From: Eledone cirrhosa
Lineage: Eukaryota
Length of the DNA stretch: 64,000 nucleotides
Assembly (NCBI GenBank): GCA_964016885.1
Contig: OZ024743.1
Location: forward strand, 38,316,001 to 38,380,000
Reading direction: 5' to 3'
The notes beneath the pieces were generated by a model. That model searched no databases. It saw only the letters and a list, made by a program, of their open reading frames with translations, and was not told the DNA's origin. Made by a program: the position numbers and the translations under genes. Positions 41,725-54,636 of the stretch are shown here, in pieces (the first letter of the stretch is position 1; each line of letters opens with the position of its first letter).

Positions 41725-43687
41725 TCCTCTTACTTTGTTTAAGACACTATGTGTGTATGCGAGGGAGACGTAGATGTAATTTAATTTATTACAGCTATAG
41801 CCGCAGCTTATAGGTTTATTCGTTCGACATTAATGACGAGATATCAACTTAATCTTGAAATTAAAACGAAATACTATGTTAATTCCCATTAAAGTATTGA
41901 CAAAAAAATTATCTTGTGACACTCGCAAGACATTATATTTAAGCTGCTTGATCCTAGTTCAAAGCAATGTATTAAATATGTATGATTTCTTTTTTTACCT
42001 AAATATATGAGATATGAATATTAGAAAAAATACTTTCTTTCTTGTCAGTAAATTTGTGATTATGACGGCTTCAAACGGTTTCAGATATTTTTAGATATAA
42101 TTCATTATTAACTGTACAGATAGTATTTCGAAATGAAATAAAACTTGAGAAAATCTACTCTTACACACATTTTGAGAACAGAAAGCATTCTGCCATTACA
42201 TATCTAAAAGTTCGGAATTGAATTATGTCATTGGATGGTAATAATTATTCAGGCGATGAAGTTTTAATGCTCGATAAAGTTAGAAATTCCAAGTCACAAA
42301 TTTCGATAAAATAAAGCAAAAACAAGAACGAATTTTAATAAATCTTATTTCTTACGTCATATCCAGTGTTTGCATCTGCTCTAATGTACAATTGTCTCTG
42401 TATTATTGTTTATATAATACTATCAAATATATTTCTCTGTATCTGCAGGGAAGCAAGACTACTTCTTTGTTAGGTATCAGACATTTCGTTTCAAATACAT
42501 TTTAGGTATTAAGATAAACGCATGGATTAATACAATACTTGAAATGTGTTTAAATACAATATGGTTATATAAGTTCTGTTAACCGTGGATGTATAAGATT
42601 CGATATCGCGTACTTCAAGTATATATTATTTTAAATAGTAGACACATTAATCTTTACCAGATTGCAGTGCGTATGGTGGGAAACGTTGGGTAATTTCGGT
42701 CATATTAGACATTTTGGTGACTTTAATGCTTCATTCATATTAAACATATGTTTATTAGTTTTATATGAAATAGCGTATCTGTGTGTCCCTGTAAAGATTC
42801 CCTGGTTTTATTGATAAAGTAAGTCCATCGTCAAATTTGATTGATTAAATACTTTGGAGGTGCTTCCCAGCTACATCCACTCTGTATTACATTTTCATTT
42901 TACAGTTACATACATCTGCAAACACAAGTATACACACATACGCTCACTTTCACACACAACACATACAATATATAGTTCATTCCATTTTTTTATGTTCCCT
43001 AATTGAATTGACTTGTGCCGATTAATACGCATTTATTTAAAGCATGTATTTAGGTTTTTCTTGAATCATTACCATAGCGTGTCCCATTAATACCCTGTAT
43101 TCAATCCTGAATTTCACTCACTATCTTCACCCGGTCTTCCATCTTTTTTTCTCCTGTAGAACAATGATATTTTCCCCAATTACTTTAATAAATATAATTT
43201 ATTTATTTCGTACCATATATACATACATGGTGACTGCCAACTCGTTTTCGAGTACGACCACTACTTTATATCCATGTAGGAGAACCCCTACCGATGCGCT
43301 GAACAAGTGTGACTTTTTAGTCCAGCCAGCGACTTGAAAACTCTGGTACAAACACTACACTTGTGACAATTATTGACACACAGTGCTGGGCCCATGGTAC
43401 CATGTGATGACAAGTGCAGAGAGATCTCCAGATATAAAGCAATGCCTGTGCCGTGAAGCTTTTATAGTGAGCAAAGGCACTGCACAAAGCCAGTCCCACT
43501 CTCTTAACCAAGATGATATTTACCAAAAAGAAGACCAAGTCAACATCATTGGATACCATCAAGGTTGCAGGTGTTATATCAGAGTTTTCCGTCTCCTAGA
43601 ATTATGCGTTGAAAAAGGCTAAGGGGTCATCTCTCCCGGTGATTTTGGATGGCCATTGACTCTTAAGAGCTCCATTGCCCTTTGACA

Positions 43688-43875
43688 GGTTTTGTTTTTA
43701 GTACTGCAGGATGTCCAAAGTCACCCTCCTCACCAAGAAACCTTGGTGGGGTTGCCAGTTTAGTCGCCAACGACCCGACCATGGGACATGTTGTACTGGA
43801 ATACATGTTACATGCACACATACATACATACATACATACATACATACATACATACATACATACATACATACACAT

Positions 43876-43965
<90 letters not shown>

Positions 43966-43974
43966 GTATATGTG

Positions 43975-44008
<34 letters not shown>

Positions 44009-44136
44009 TGCATGTAACATGTATCCCAGTACAATATGTCCGATGGTCGGGTCGTTGGCGACTAAACTGGCAACCCACCAAGGTTTCTTGGTGAGGAAGG
44101 TGCCTTTGGACATCTTGCAGGACTAAAACCAAAACC
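43688..44136. repeat. Palindrome centred on (CATA)n(TA)n(TATG)n; arms are the head of an RTE-like element
   Basis: 43688-43815 mirrors 44010-44136 with scattered mismatches. The left arm continues to ~43230 as RTE-like 5' sequence (minus strand CTAGGAGACGGAAAACTCTGA). Confidence 0.85.
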
Positions 44137-47100
44137 CAACGAAACACCCTTATATCATGACGTTGAATATCATCTCAACACCCTGATATTTTTACCAACG
44201 AGGATGGGAAGTTACAATGCAAGACGGTAAGCAAGGCAATATCGAGTTACTGACATTAAAATCTTACATGTGCGGTTAGATTAGAAAGAAGCACTCTAGT
44301 GTCCATCCCATATTACGTTACCGGCGTATATCACTGAACTACAAATTAAACTGTCATGATAAATATTTGTAAACGTCAGCTTGCGATACACAATTTTCCA
44401 AGAGGTGTCTTCTTATTGATTTGTTTTAGCTTGACAATCTTTTCCTTGTTGACACTGGACTTAGGAAGGATTTCAGAACTGTAATGCGTGTCTTGATGAG
44501 GGAAATCGAAAATACTTCACCATAAAGATTATAGAGCGACGTGGAGAAGTCATCAAATCCGAGCGCAAAAACATACCCTCTCCGTTTCTCAAAGTAATAT
44601 GGTTCCTTCGTAGTTGGTGTGGTTACAATAACTCCATGCTTGGTGTGGCTGCTCTTTGGATAAGGGAAAGAGAATATCTACTACAGTATGCGTGTTGCTT
44701 CATGTCATTTCATATTTTTCACAACTATCTTGAAAATACCATCATATTAGCTATTTTACTCCTACCAAGAATGGATAAGGTAATTTAACTACAAGAAGAG
44801 AATTTTATAAGTGCAATCCATGTAGTTATAGATCGACTCGAACTGACCCAACGTGGGCTGAACCACAACAACAACGGTAAACACAACAACCACATTATTT
44901 TGTGGAAGAATGTAATAGTCAGGGCCATTATAGCATCATATTGTTTATATCAAACAAGTTTAAACTACAACAATATTCTGTCAAATTTTCACACTCAAAT
45001 GAATGAGTTCTGCTATTATTCAAAGAAAGGTTATATTTGTTCTTACAAGTTAATTGATCTGCATTTCACGACCATAAAATTAATTTGATATTTACATTGC
45101 TCAGAAAATGATAATTCCCATTTTTCTTAACTCGGGTGTCGTTCACATCAATATACCATTTCTTATATCTATCTCTTTGATCTATTTGGTTGTTCTCTAA
45201 ATTGTATCTAACATTGAACACGAAGTAATTACAATAACAGTTAAGATGAGACTAATTGACTATTTAATTGTTACTCAGAAGAAATTGTCAAAAAAATCAG
45301 TTAAGACACTATGAAACAACGGGTTTGCTCCAATTATTAAACATCTTATTCCAATTTTTCTGACAACATTAATGTTGCCATGGCAGCAGTAGTATTATAG
45401 ATAGTCGTTTAGTGAACGTAAGCTCTAGGAAGAGAGGAATCTGCCTATTCTGAGAGTATGAGTTAGAATACCTACTTTCAGTATGTTTTCGCGATTTAAA
45501 GATGTGTGGGCGTAATTTGAGAGAGGTATGGATGCTATTTTTAGAGCCTCAACAGATAACATCGATGATAGTCACTTGTTGTTCATCCACTTAAACATTT
45601 CAATACAAGGATGTGACAAGTTTCAAATTACAGAATATCAATACAAAAATATTACGGTAGTATTTTAATCGGAACATCTCATCGGAAATGTTATAAATCT
45701 GTTAATACACGTTATATACTTTTCATAAAGCATATCGTAAAATCAATAACAAATTGATTTTGTTTAACATATGTATATTACTGCAGACATCTCTTAACAC
45801 ATCTCTGATATAAAATCCCATATTCTCTGATATAGTGTGGGTATAGAAATGGAAGTAATCTTTTCAACAGCTAGAACTTCATTATTGAAATTCAAATATT
45901 CCTAGATTTTATCATAACCCTCAAGGGAATACTTACTTTTTAAGGTAAAGGGTACAGTAAAAGCACACATGATTGATTAAAAAGTGACTTGCAATGCAAA
46001 GAGGAAAGGAATGTGGTTAGTGTATAATATTATGAACTTTAGTAAGTACATGTGCAATCAGATGAGAATATTGCCAAGAATATGGTGACATATGTCATCG
46101 GAAAAGATATGATATATAATATATTGTATTGGTATTGCTACCATACAATGTATACTTTCACTAAATAAGTAAACACATATATAGAACTATACATGCATAC
46201 ACACATACTCATATGCACACATATATGCATGGCATACATATATTTATATGTGTGGTGGAGGAGCGCGCAGGCATAGATACAGATTTAGATATAGCTATCT
46301 ACAACTAGAGAGTTAGAGAGCTTGGGAGCGATGATGCATATTTTCTTAAGATGTATGCCATTGGCATAAGCTTTCCAAGATTTACAAAGAATCCTACCTC
46401 TACAGAGACAAATATTTTTCTTCGCCAGATTCTGTTTGGCAGAGAATAGCAAAGAGTCAGTCTTTGTCCTTCCGACAGCAGGATGATTTGAGTGACTAAA
46501 AAGTCATTAACGAATGAAAGGAATATGACTTCTGTGGTAGCGGCGTCGGACGTATCAAAAGAATGAGCTCGATATTGATGTGAAAGTTTAAAAAGAGACG
46601 GAAGAGAGAGAATATGAAGCAATTTAAGAAAATGTAATTTAAGAGTAATTACATCGAGACATAAACTTGGCTCTATATGTATGTGTATGTGTGTGCGTAT
46701 CTATTCCCTCTGTACACAAGAGAATGTACCAACTGTTTAACCAAAAGAAAGGCCTGCTCCATAAATCAAAGTGCAAGGCTGATAGAAAGTTATGTTAGCT
46801 GTGATAAAATATAAACAAAGTTACCTCTAATATCGAGTTCCAAGAGCGAGTTTATCAGGATTCGTAAAATAATAGGAAGATCACAAGGGAACTGTTAAAA
46901 CAGCAACATTTTACCTCAAACGACAGAAATCAGCGGCTACAAGTGTGTTGGACCGCAGCTATTGTAACTTTCTATTGCACGAGCCGTCTATTTTACGTCG
47001 TACTTTCTTTTATTTCGTCGATTGTATTGAACTGCTTGTATGATCTTCTGTAATCCATTTTCTTCCTTTTCTCAATCCTTCGTATCACTTCTGTGGGCCA

Positions 47101-47806
47101 ACCTTCTTCTTGTCACTGATTTCTATAATTGAGGTAAAGTTTTACTGGAATCTGTCATTGACGGCATTCAACAGCTCCCTTATGTTGAGTTCATCCGATT
47201 ATTCTACGAATTCTAATACACTCGCGCTTCAAACACGATGTTGGAGAGAACTTTATATATATACATATATATACTTATGTAATATACTTATGTAATCTGT
47301 AGCCTACATAGAGCACTCTTTTTTTTTGCACCTTATTGAAAGTAATACTTCATTTATATACATATATATATAAATATATATATATGTGGGGTGTGTGTAT
47401 TAATGATATACGTTATGTTTACGAATAAACAATTAGAAAGTCTTCTAGCTATGAATTTTGAAAATTTGACAGCTGGCGGCGTCAAGCGTATTCCTGCAGA
47501 TGTAGCCTAGGACAACTACCAACGTGGCCTTTATCATGGTAATGTTTCCCCTGCTCTCTGCTGGAATTTGAAACAGGCCAGAATATATAGATTTTTCGCC
47601 TATGTAGATTGGCTAATTCGCATCATTGGGATATGTAGCTGTACAGCCAATCTTAACTTGAAAGTACAATTTACAACTGCATATGCTAATGCGGGTAATC
47701 CTTACATTTACATAGGCAGAGAACAGGGGAAACACTGTCCTGATGTCCTCCAGAAGGCTTTCCAGAAGTTTATTCGTAAACATACCATATATCATTTGAT
47801 ATACGA

Positions 47807-47871
<65 letters not shown>

Positions 47872-47878
47872 CTCTCTA

Positions 47879-47943
<65 letters not shown>

Positions 47944-47957
47944 ACACACACATATAC

Positions 47958-47991
<34 letters not shown>

Positions 47992-47992
47992 G

Positions 47993-48060
<68 letters not shown>

Positions 48061-48097
48061 TATATAAATATATATATAGAGAGAGAGAGAAGAGTCG

Positions 48098-48303
48098 TTA
48101 CACAACAGTTAGTTCACCATACCGAGAAGAATTGTTTCACCTTAGCGGAACCCCAGCTTTACGAGTTGAGGATCCGCTAAGGTGAAACAATTGTTCTCAG
48201 TATGGTGAGCTAAAACTAACTGTTGTGTAACCACTTCTACCTAAAAGTCCTATCGACTGAGTGTTCTACCACTACGGAAATTACCTGCCAGCGTTCTACC
48301 ACT
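48098..48303. mobile_element. PLE-derived fold-back hairpin (48098-48230) with hammerhead 3' half
   Basis: Arms contain GGTGAAACAATTGTTC; the right arm extends to (TA)n at 48303. Confidence 0.65.
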
Positions 48304-48339
48304 ATATATATATATGTATACATATATATATATATATAT

Positions 48340-49322
48340 ATGAAAATAAGAAAAACAAGACGATTATTAGGAAGAAAAATATATTGTTTTACTTTTTATA
48401 TTTTTCTATTTTTTCTGGGTTAGAAAATGTTTAAAACAAAATATTTTACTTTGTGTACAGCGTTGAGGTTTTAGTTAATTTATTTATTAATTAACAATGG
48501 CATTTATTTATTTATTTATATATATAATAATTGTCTATTACCGGTTTCACCATTTTATGAATTATCAAAAGGGGGGAATATGTATTGGTGTAAAATGGTG
48601 ATGTGGAACATGTTAAGGAAATGGTGAAGAAAGAATATTGTTATTTACAAACAAGGTTTTTGAAATGAAAAGAAAAAAGAAAAATAGGGGGTAATGTGGA
48701 GCCTAATAGGGTAATGGGAAATAAAAAATAATATTATTTACAGGCATAGTTCTTGAAGATAAGCAGTTCAGAATGTGTTATTATGGCAAGAGTGCTTAGT
48801 TGATCCATGATGGAGGCAAATATCAAACCCCAGTCTACCATTTGCCTCCATTATAGATCAACTAAGCACTCTTGCCATAATAACACATTCTGAACTGCTT
48901 ATCTTCAAGAACTATGCCTGTAAATAATATTCTTTTTTATTTCCCATTACCCCATTAGGCTCCACATTACACTCCTTTTTTTCTTTTTTCTTTTCATTTC
49001 AAAAACCTTGTTTGTAAATAACAATATTCTTTCTTTACCATCTCCTTAAGATGTTCAACATCACCATTTTACACCAATACATATTCCACCCTTTTAATAA
49101 TGCATAAAATGCCATAACCGGTAATAGACAATTATTAAATATATAAATAAATAAATATATGCCAGTGTTAATTAATAAATAAATTAACTAATACCTCAAC
49201 GCTTCACACAAAGTAAAATATTTTGCTTTAAACATTTTCTAACCCAGAAAAAGAGAAAAACAATAAAAAGTAAAACAATATATTTTTCTTCCTAATAATC
49301 GTCTTTTGCTCCATATTTTCAT
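48340..49322. repeat. ~980-bp diverged palindrome (probable inverted PLE 3' end/pLTR)
   Basis: Arms 48340-48821 and 48840-49322, 18-nt spacer; (TA)n on both sides; degenerate TGATAA...GAAA-CCGG-TA motif at 48568-48539 (-). Confidence 0.9.
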
Positions 49323-49370
49323 ATATATATATCCCAACTTGTGTGCCCCTTCACCACATTTTATTACTAT

Positions 49371-49483
<113 letters not shown>

Positions 49484-49827
49484 TAATGTAGGTGATACCA
49501 AACATTGTGAGATATATTGTAACAGAACGATAATTATGTTTAAAGTCGGTACAATACCGTAGAAGGATTCGAGTGTCAAATGATGACAAATGATACAAAA
49601 CAAGGAAATAAGGTTTTACCCAGTGTAAAAAAAATAAAATGAGTCATTAAAGTCTTCTTCCCTAACTCCTCTGTTATGTTGTTTTTCGAACTTTTTCAGC
49701 TTAGAAAATAATAACCCTGAAAAGAAAATAATAACACTGAAATATCACGTTAAAATACATTGCGTATAATATTTTTCTACCGCGTTGTACCGGGTTTTAA
49801 AAAAGAATTTCCGTCTTTCAATTTACA

Positions 49828-49910
<83 letters not shown>

Positions 49911-49918
<8 letters not shown>

Positions 49919-52133
49919 TAATAAACGGAAAGTATATTTTTAAAACCATAATTATTTGATTATATATATTTCAAGGGCAACCAAGGCAAATTTTGGCGCG
50001 TTTTCATCAAATAAAATACAAAATTTGTTTCATGAATGTTGACATACCCGCAAAAGAACAACCTTGGCGGTTGGAGGTTCGCTGGATAGTGGAACACATT
50101 TGTGTTGAGGGTGATTCAAAGTTATGTGGGAGTATGTCAAAGAATGTCCGAAAAAATTGAAGAAACAATTAAACTATCAGATTCTACCACTATGAATTTA
50201 GCACAAAATATAAATAGAATCAATAATAGAAATCTTAAGCAGAATAGCACTAATACCTCTAGCAATACTGTTCCCAATAATATGAATTCTGATAAATGTA
50301 ATTAAATCAAACTGTCGTTTAAATAATAACTGTTTAGTTAAAAATGTGGTCTATAAATGCAATTATTTCACCTATGTTGGCTCTAATTCTACTGACTTCA
50401 AATCTTGTTTCAATAACCATAAATGTTCGTTTAGGAATATTGGTAAAACATCTCCACTTCTCTATCCAGCTTATTATGGAACTTAAAATCCAAGAATATA
50501 AACTATTCTTTATGTTGGAATATTGTTTCGAAAGCACCTGCCTACATAAATACTTCTTTATCCATATTTGCAACCTATGTCGTTGAAGAAATATTCGTTA
50601 TACTTAAGGACTCCATTAATTTGCGTAATAATTTATTTAGTTCTTGTAAACATCGATTAAATTCAACTTTTAAATATATATATATAAAATGTGATTACAC
50701 GTTTAAACTTCCTTACATAATGTTTACTCTATCCAAACACCTATAATCTCATTTCTTAAATTATGTACATATATGTTCAGAAATTTAATGTAATTTTAAT
50801 TACTTCGTAAATATATAATACACTTCTTAAATCTATTATTTACTTCTTAAAACATTTACTTTCTAATATTTCTTCTTCATATATATATATATATATATTT
50901 ACCATATCTATCTTACTTCCAAAAATATCTAATAATCCTTCTGGATTGATTACTTTAAATTTTTGAGGTTTTCTGAATATGGACTTTTAAAATGTTTTAA
51001 TATGTGTTTGAAAATGTTTTTGAAGATGTTTTAAAAGTTATTTAAGAGTGTTAAAGAAAATTATAAAAATTATTCCTTTAGGCTAACTAATATTTTAATA
51101 TTTTCGAAATTAATATTTTTGAAATTTATACTTTCCAATATTCTAAACTCTTTTACATATTTTAAATATTTTAAATATTTGACTACTTCCAAATATTTCT
51201 GAATAGGTTTTAAACATTTTAAATGATGTTTGTTTATCTTGGGAGTTTTCTTAGATTTCTAAAAACACTTAAAAAAAAATCTCATAACACTTCGTTATAG
51301 GTTTTATAATCTTAATTTTTATAGTCAGAATTTCTAAATGGTTTCAGTATATACTTTTAATTAAGTAATTTTTCGTAACCTTGGTGATTTTTTCTAAGTA
51401 TGTAAGATTTGACTTACAACAGGTAATACATTCTGGCTAAATATATTTTTGTCAAACTCATCTCATAATAACTAGTAAATAAACAAATCTTGATCCTCAA
51501 TATTTTTCCAATGTAAAATATTATACATTTAAATAATTTATCATCTATAACATGACATAATTTTGTAATTGAATACTATTTTTAATTTATCATTAGCATT
51601 AATTTATCATTATTTTTATCTTATCATTATTTTTTAATATAAACATAACAAAAACATGTATTTACGAGATATGGATTCATCCCTAGATAAGCTTATTTCT
51701 TCGCTCGTTCTACTTTAACTTTTTTTCATCATTACTCTGCACATGATACTTTTTCTTTTTCTCTTTTTTCTTCCTCTCTCTCTTTCTTTCTTCCCTCTTT
51801 TTCTTTTTCTTTTCTTTTTCTTCCTCTATTTTCTCTGTCTCGTTCTCTCTTTTCTTCTCTTTCTCTCTCTCCTTCCAACAGTATAATTGAAATAAACCGT
51901 TGTTTTTTCAATTTTTTCGGACATTCCTTTGCATACTCACACAACTTTGAATCACCCTAAAAAAAAAATGTTTCCACTATCCAGTGAACCTCCAACTGTC
52001 AAGGTTGTTCTTCTGCGGGTATGTTAACATTTATGAAACAAATTTTGTATCTTATCTGATGAAAGTGCACATGAAATATATATAATAAAATAATTATGGT
52101 TTTATAAATATAGTTTCCATTTATTAATATAAT
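49911..52133 (+). mobile_element. 5'-truncated Penelope-like element with inverted pLTR (third GIY-YIG-bearing family)
   Basis: Plus-strand frameshifted GIY-YIG at 50310-50670 (CLVKNVVYKC..TYVGS..TDFKSCFNNHKCSFR; STSLSSLLWNLKSKNINYSLCWNIVSKAPAY; CNLC.VEE; LRNNLFSSCKH). pLTR 51900-52133 is inverted at 49911-50168; (TA)n at the left flank. Confidence 0.85.
52052..52088 (+). ncRNA. Minimal hammerhead ribozyme in pLTR
   Basis: TTAT-CTGATGA-AAGTGCACAT-GAAA-TATATA-TA-ATAA; the inverted copy at 49957-50014 has TTGATGA and a 31-nt stem II region. Confidence 0.75.
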
Positions 52134-52221
52134 GATTATTTAACCACTAATCTATTGAGTGCTTTATATCAGTTATACATCTTTTAAGTTTGTTGAATTC
52201 CAACAAATTAAATATTACCTT

Positions 52222-52295
<74 letters not shown>

Positions 52296-52387
52296 TATAT
52301 ATATATACACCCACACACCCACACACCCACACACACATACATACACACATATATATAAATATATATAATATATATATATATATATAT

Positions 52388-52580
52388 AACGAAAAAGTGT
52401 GGTAAGGAACCAGATGGACCATAATACACCAGAGTGCTCAATACTTAGGGTAGTAGAGTGGCTAATAGGAAAATGTTTAACCGCGACGGCAGAGCTCAGG
52501 CCGTTTCGATGGTTATTTCTGTATAGAATTAGCCGTCGAAAGGGCCTGAGCTCTGCCGTCGGGGTTAAACATTTTCTTAT
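52388..52580. mobile_element. PLE-derived fold-back element (hairpin 52465-52580), same family as 16070-16272
   Basis: Shared GTGGTAAGGAACCAGATGGACCATA...TCAATACTTAGGGTAGTAGAGTGG flank and hammerhead half-site; embedded in (TA)n. Confidence 0.75.
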
Positions 52581-53956
52581 ATATATATATATATACGCAT
52601 GCACCTTTAACTTTGTTTTCAAAGAGAAGGCTCCAACATTGAATTGTAGCTAGACATGATTTTTATCGCCTGCGTTTACCGAAGCATGATGAAACGAAGT
52701 TTTTTTGTTTTTTCAAGATCAACCAGGGGCTACCCAGAATCAAACTCATGAGTTTACACTCATATTAAGGAATATGTATAAACATATACATACATACACA
52801 CACGTATTCGTTGCGTTCTTAACTTTGTTCCCCTTGAGAGTTATTTTTGTCAGCTGAATGGACAGAAGAAATTTAAAATAACGTGTCTTTTGTGATGAAG
52901 GACAAACCATATCGCCGCAAATCGAAACCTACAACCATACATTCCTGAACCCAGCACCATAACCATTGACCGATGTATATATTAATGTCTTAGATAGTGT
53001 ATGCCTAACATGTTGCATTGCCAACATCACTGCTTGCCATTTTAGTGGTCAAACAGGAATAGAAAAAGTAGAAGCGTCATGAAATGTCAAGAGTAATGGA
53101 AAAAGAAAGTTTTATGATTATCCTTTTATATACATATATATTTAACAATGTGAAATCCGGAAATGTTTCAATGAATTTTACTTCCATAAGCAAAACAATA
53201 TAAACACAAAAGAACACGCTACACGAACAAAATAATACATAACTAAGAATTCCGTTCTCTGGTTAAGATGTTACTATAAGCCATCAACGCGGAGACATTG
53301 ATAAATATCGTTGTAAGTTATCGTATCCTAGTTTTTGGAAAAACAGGAAATTGATATGTGTAGTTATCTGAATACATCAAGCAAATTTTAAAGTATTTAC
53401 GACAATGTTTGCATTTCCCCAGTTCTAAAATATTTCAATAGTTCAAATGAAAAGAGCTTCGAAGATAAAAGTGTATCCAGCTGATTAATATCGATTTCAT
53501 TTTCCCGTTAAACACGGTTCTGACTCTGAATACGTAGATGCTGATACACATACGCGTACAAATACACGAGTAAAGACAGAAACATTCAAACACATACTTA
53601 TATGTATCTGTGTGTGCAGCAAAATGTCTATGTATAATTGTCAGTGTTTTGTTAACTCACGAAACGTTCAATATTGTATTTAGTCACCTTTATATATATA
53701 GCTACACATACACACGCACAAACACACATACATACACACATACACACACACGCACACACACAAATATATATATATATGTGTGTGTGTGTTTGTGTGAGTC
53801 CTGAGTATAATCCGGGGTAACCACAATACGTAAGGTGCTCTGTACTTTAGTAGAGTGTAAACAACACATTTAATATAGATATATTTTCTTCAGGACTATA
53901 AATGTTTCCTTCGAATGAAACAGTTCTAGTCCTGTTGGAGCTATTACATCTATTGT

Positions 53957-54014
<58 letters not shown>

Positions 54015-54603
54015 AAAGGGTATACACACATAAACTAGACAACGCCATATATATATATATATATGTTTTTGGCAACCATTCACGGTGTGGCTCAATGACG
54101 AATTAATTAAATAATTAATAATCAGAGCAATATAGAATCATTAGATAAAATATATACAGTATTTCTTCTCCCAATCAACATAAATCAACCACACAAAAAT
54201 CATTTAAACGAGGCTATAAGTCTGAAATATACCGATGAAGAAACAATAGATAAATGATATATCTTTTTATCCGCGACTCAAGCTACAGAAAATTTACCTA
54301 GTATTTCCGATAGCCTGTAGAAATTGACTAGACATGTAGTTAACCATACATAATTACGTACAAAATCAAAGTTAGAAGTAAAATGTACATAAACATAACA
54401 AAATCATCAAAATATCCCTACCACCGGCGGTTTAATTCCATTTTTTGGGGATATATCCGATCTTGGATAAATCAACGAGGTTGGAAATCATCAGGAGATA
54501 AAATCAATTGGACAAAGATTTTTCTTACTTGATCCCCGCCAGAAACGAATACAAAATGGTTAAGAATCGTCACATGGCTAGTGGTCAAGGCAGAAAGTTT
54601 GTG

Positions 54604-54636
<33 letters not shown>

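Noticed and set aside
53869-53960. Small degenerate hairpin with GAAAC...GTC, possibly a fourth stem-II fold-back
   Set aside because: Too short and mismatched to distinguish from chance.
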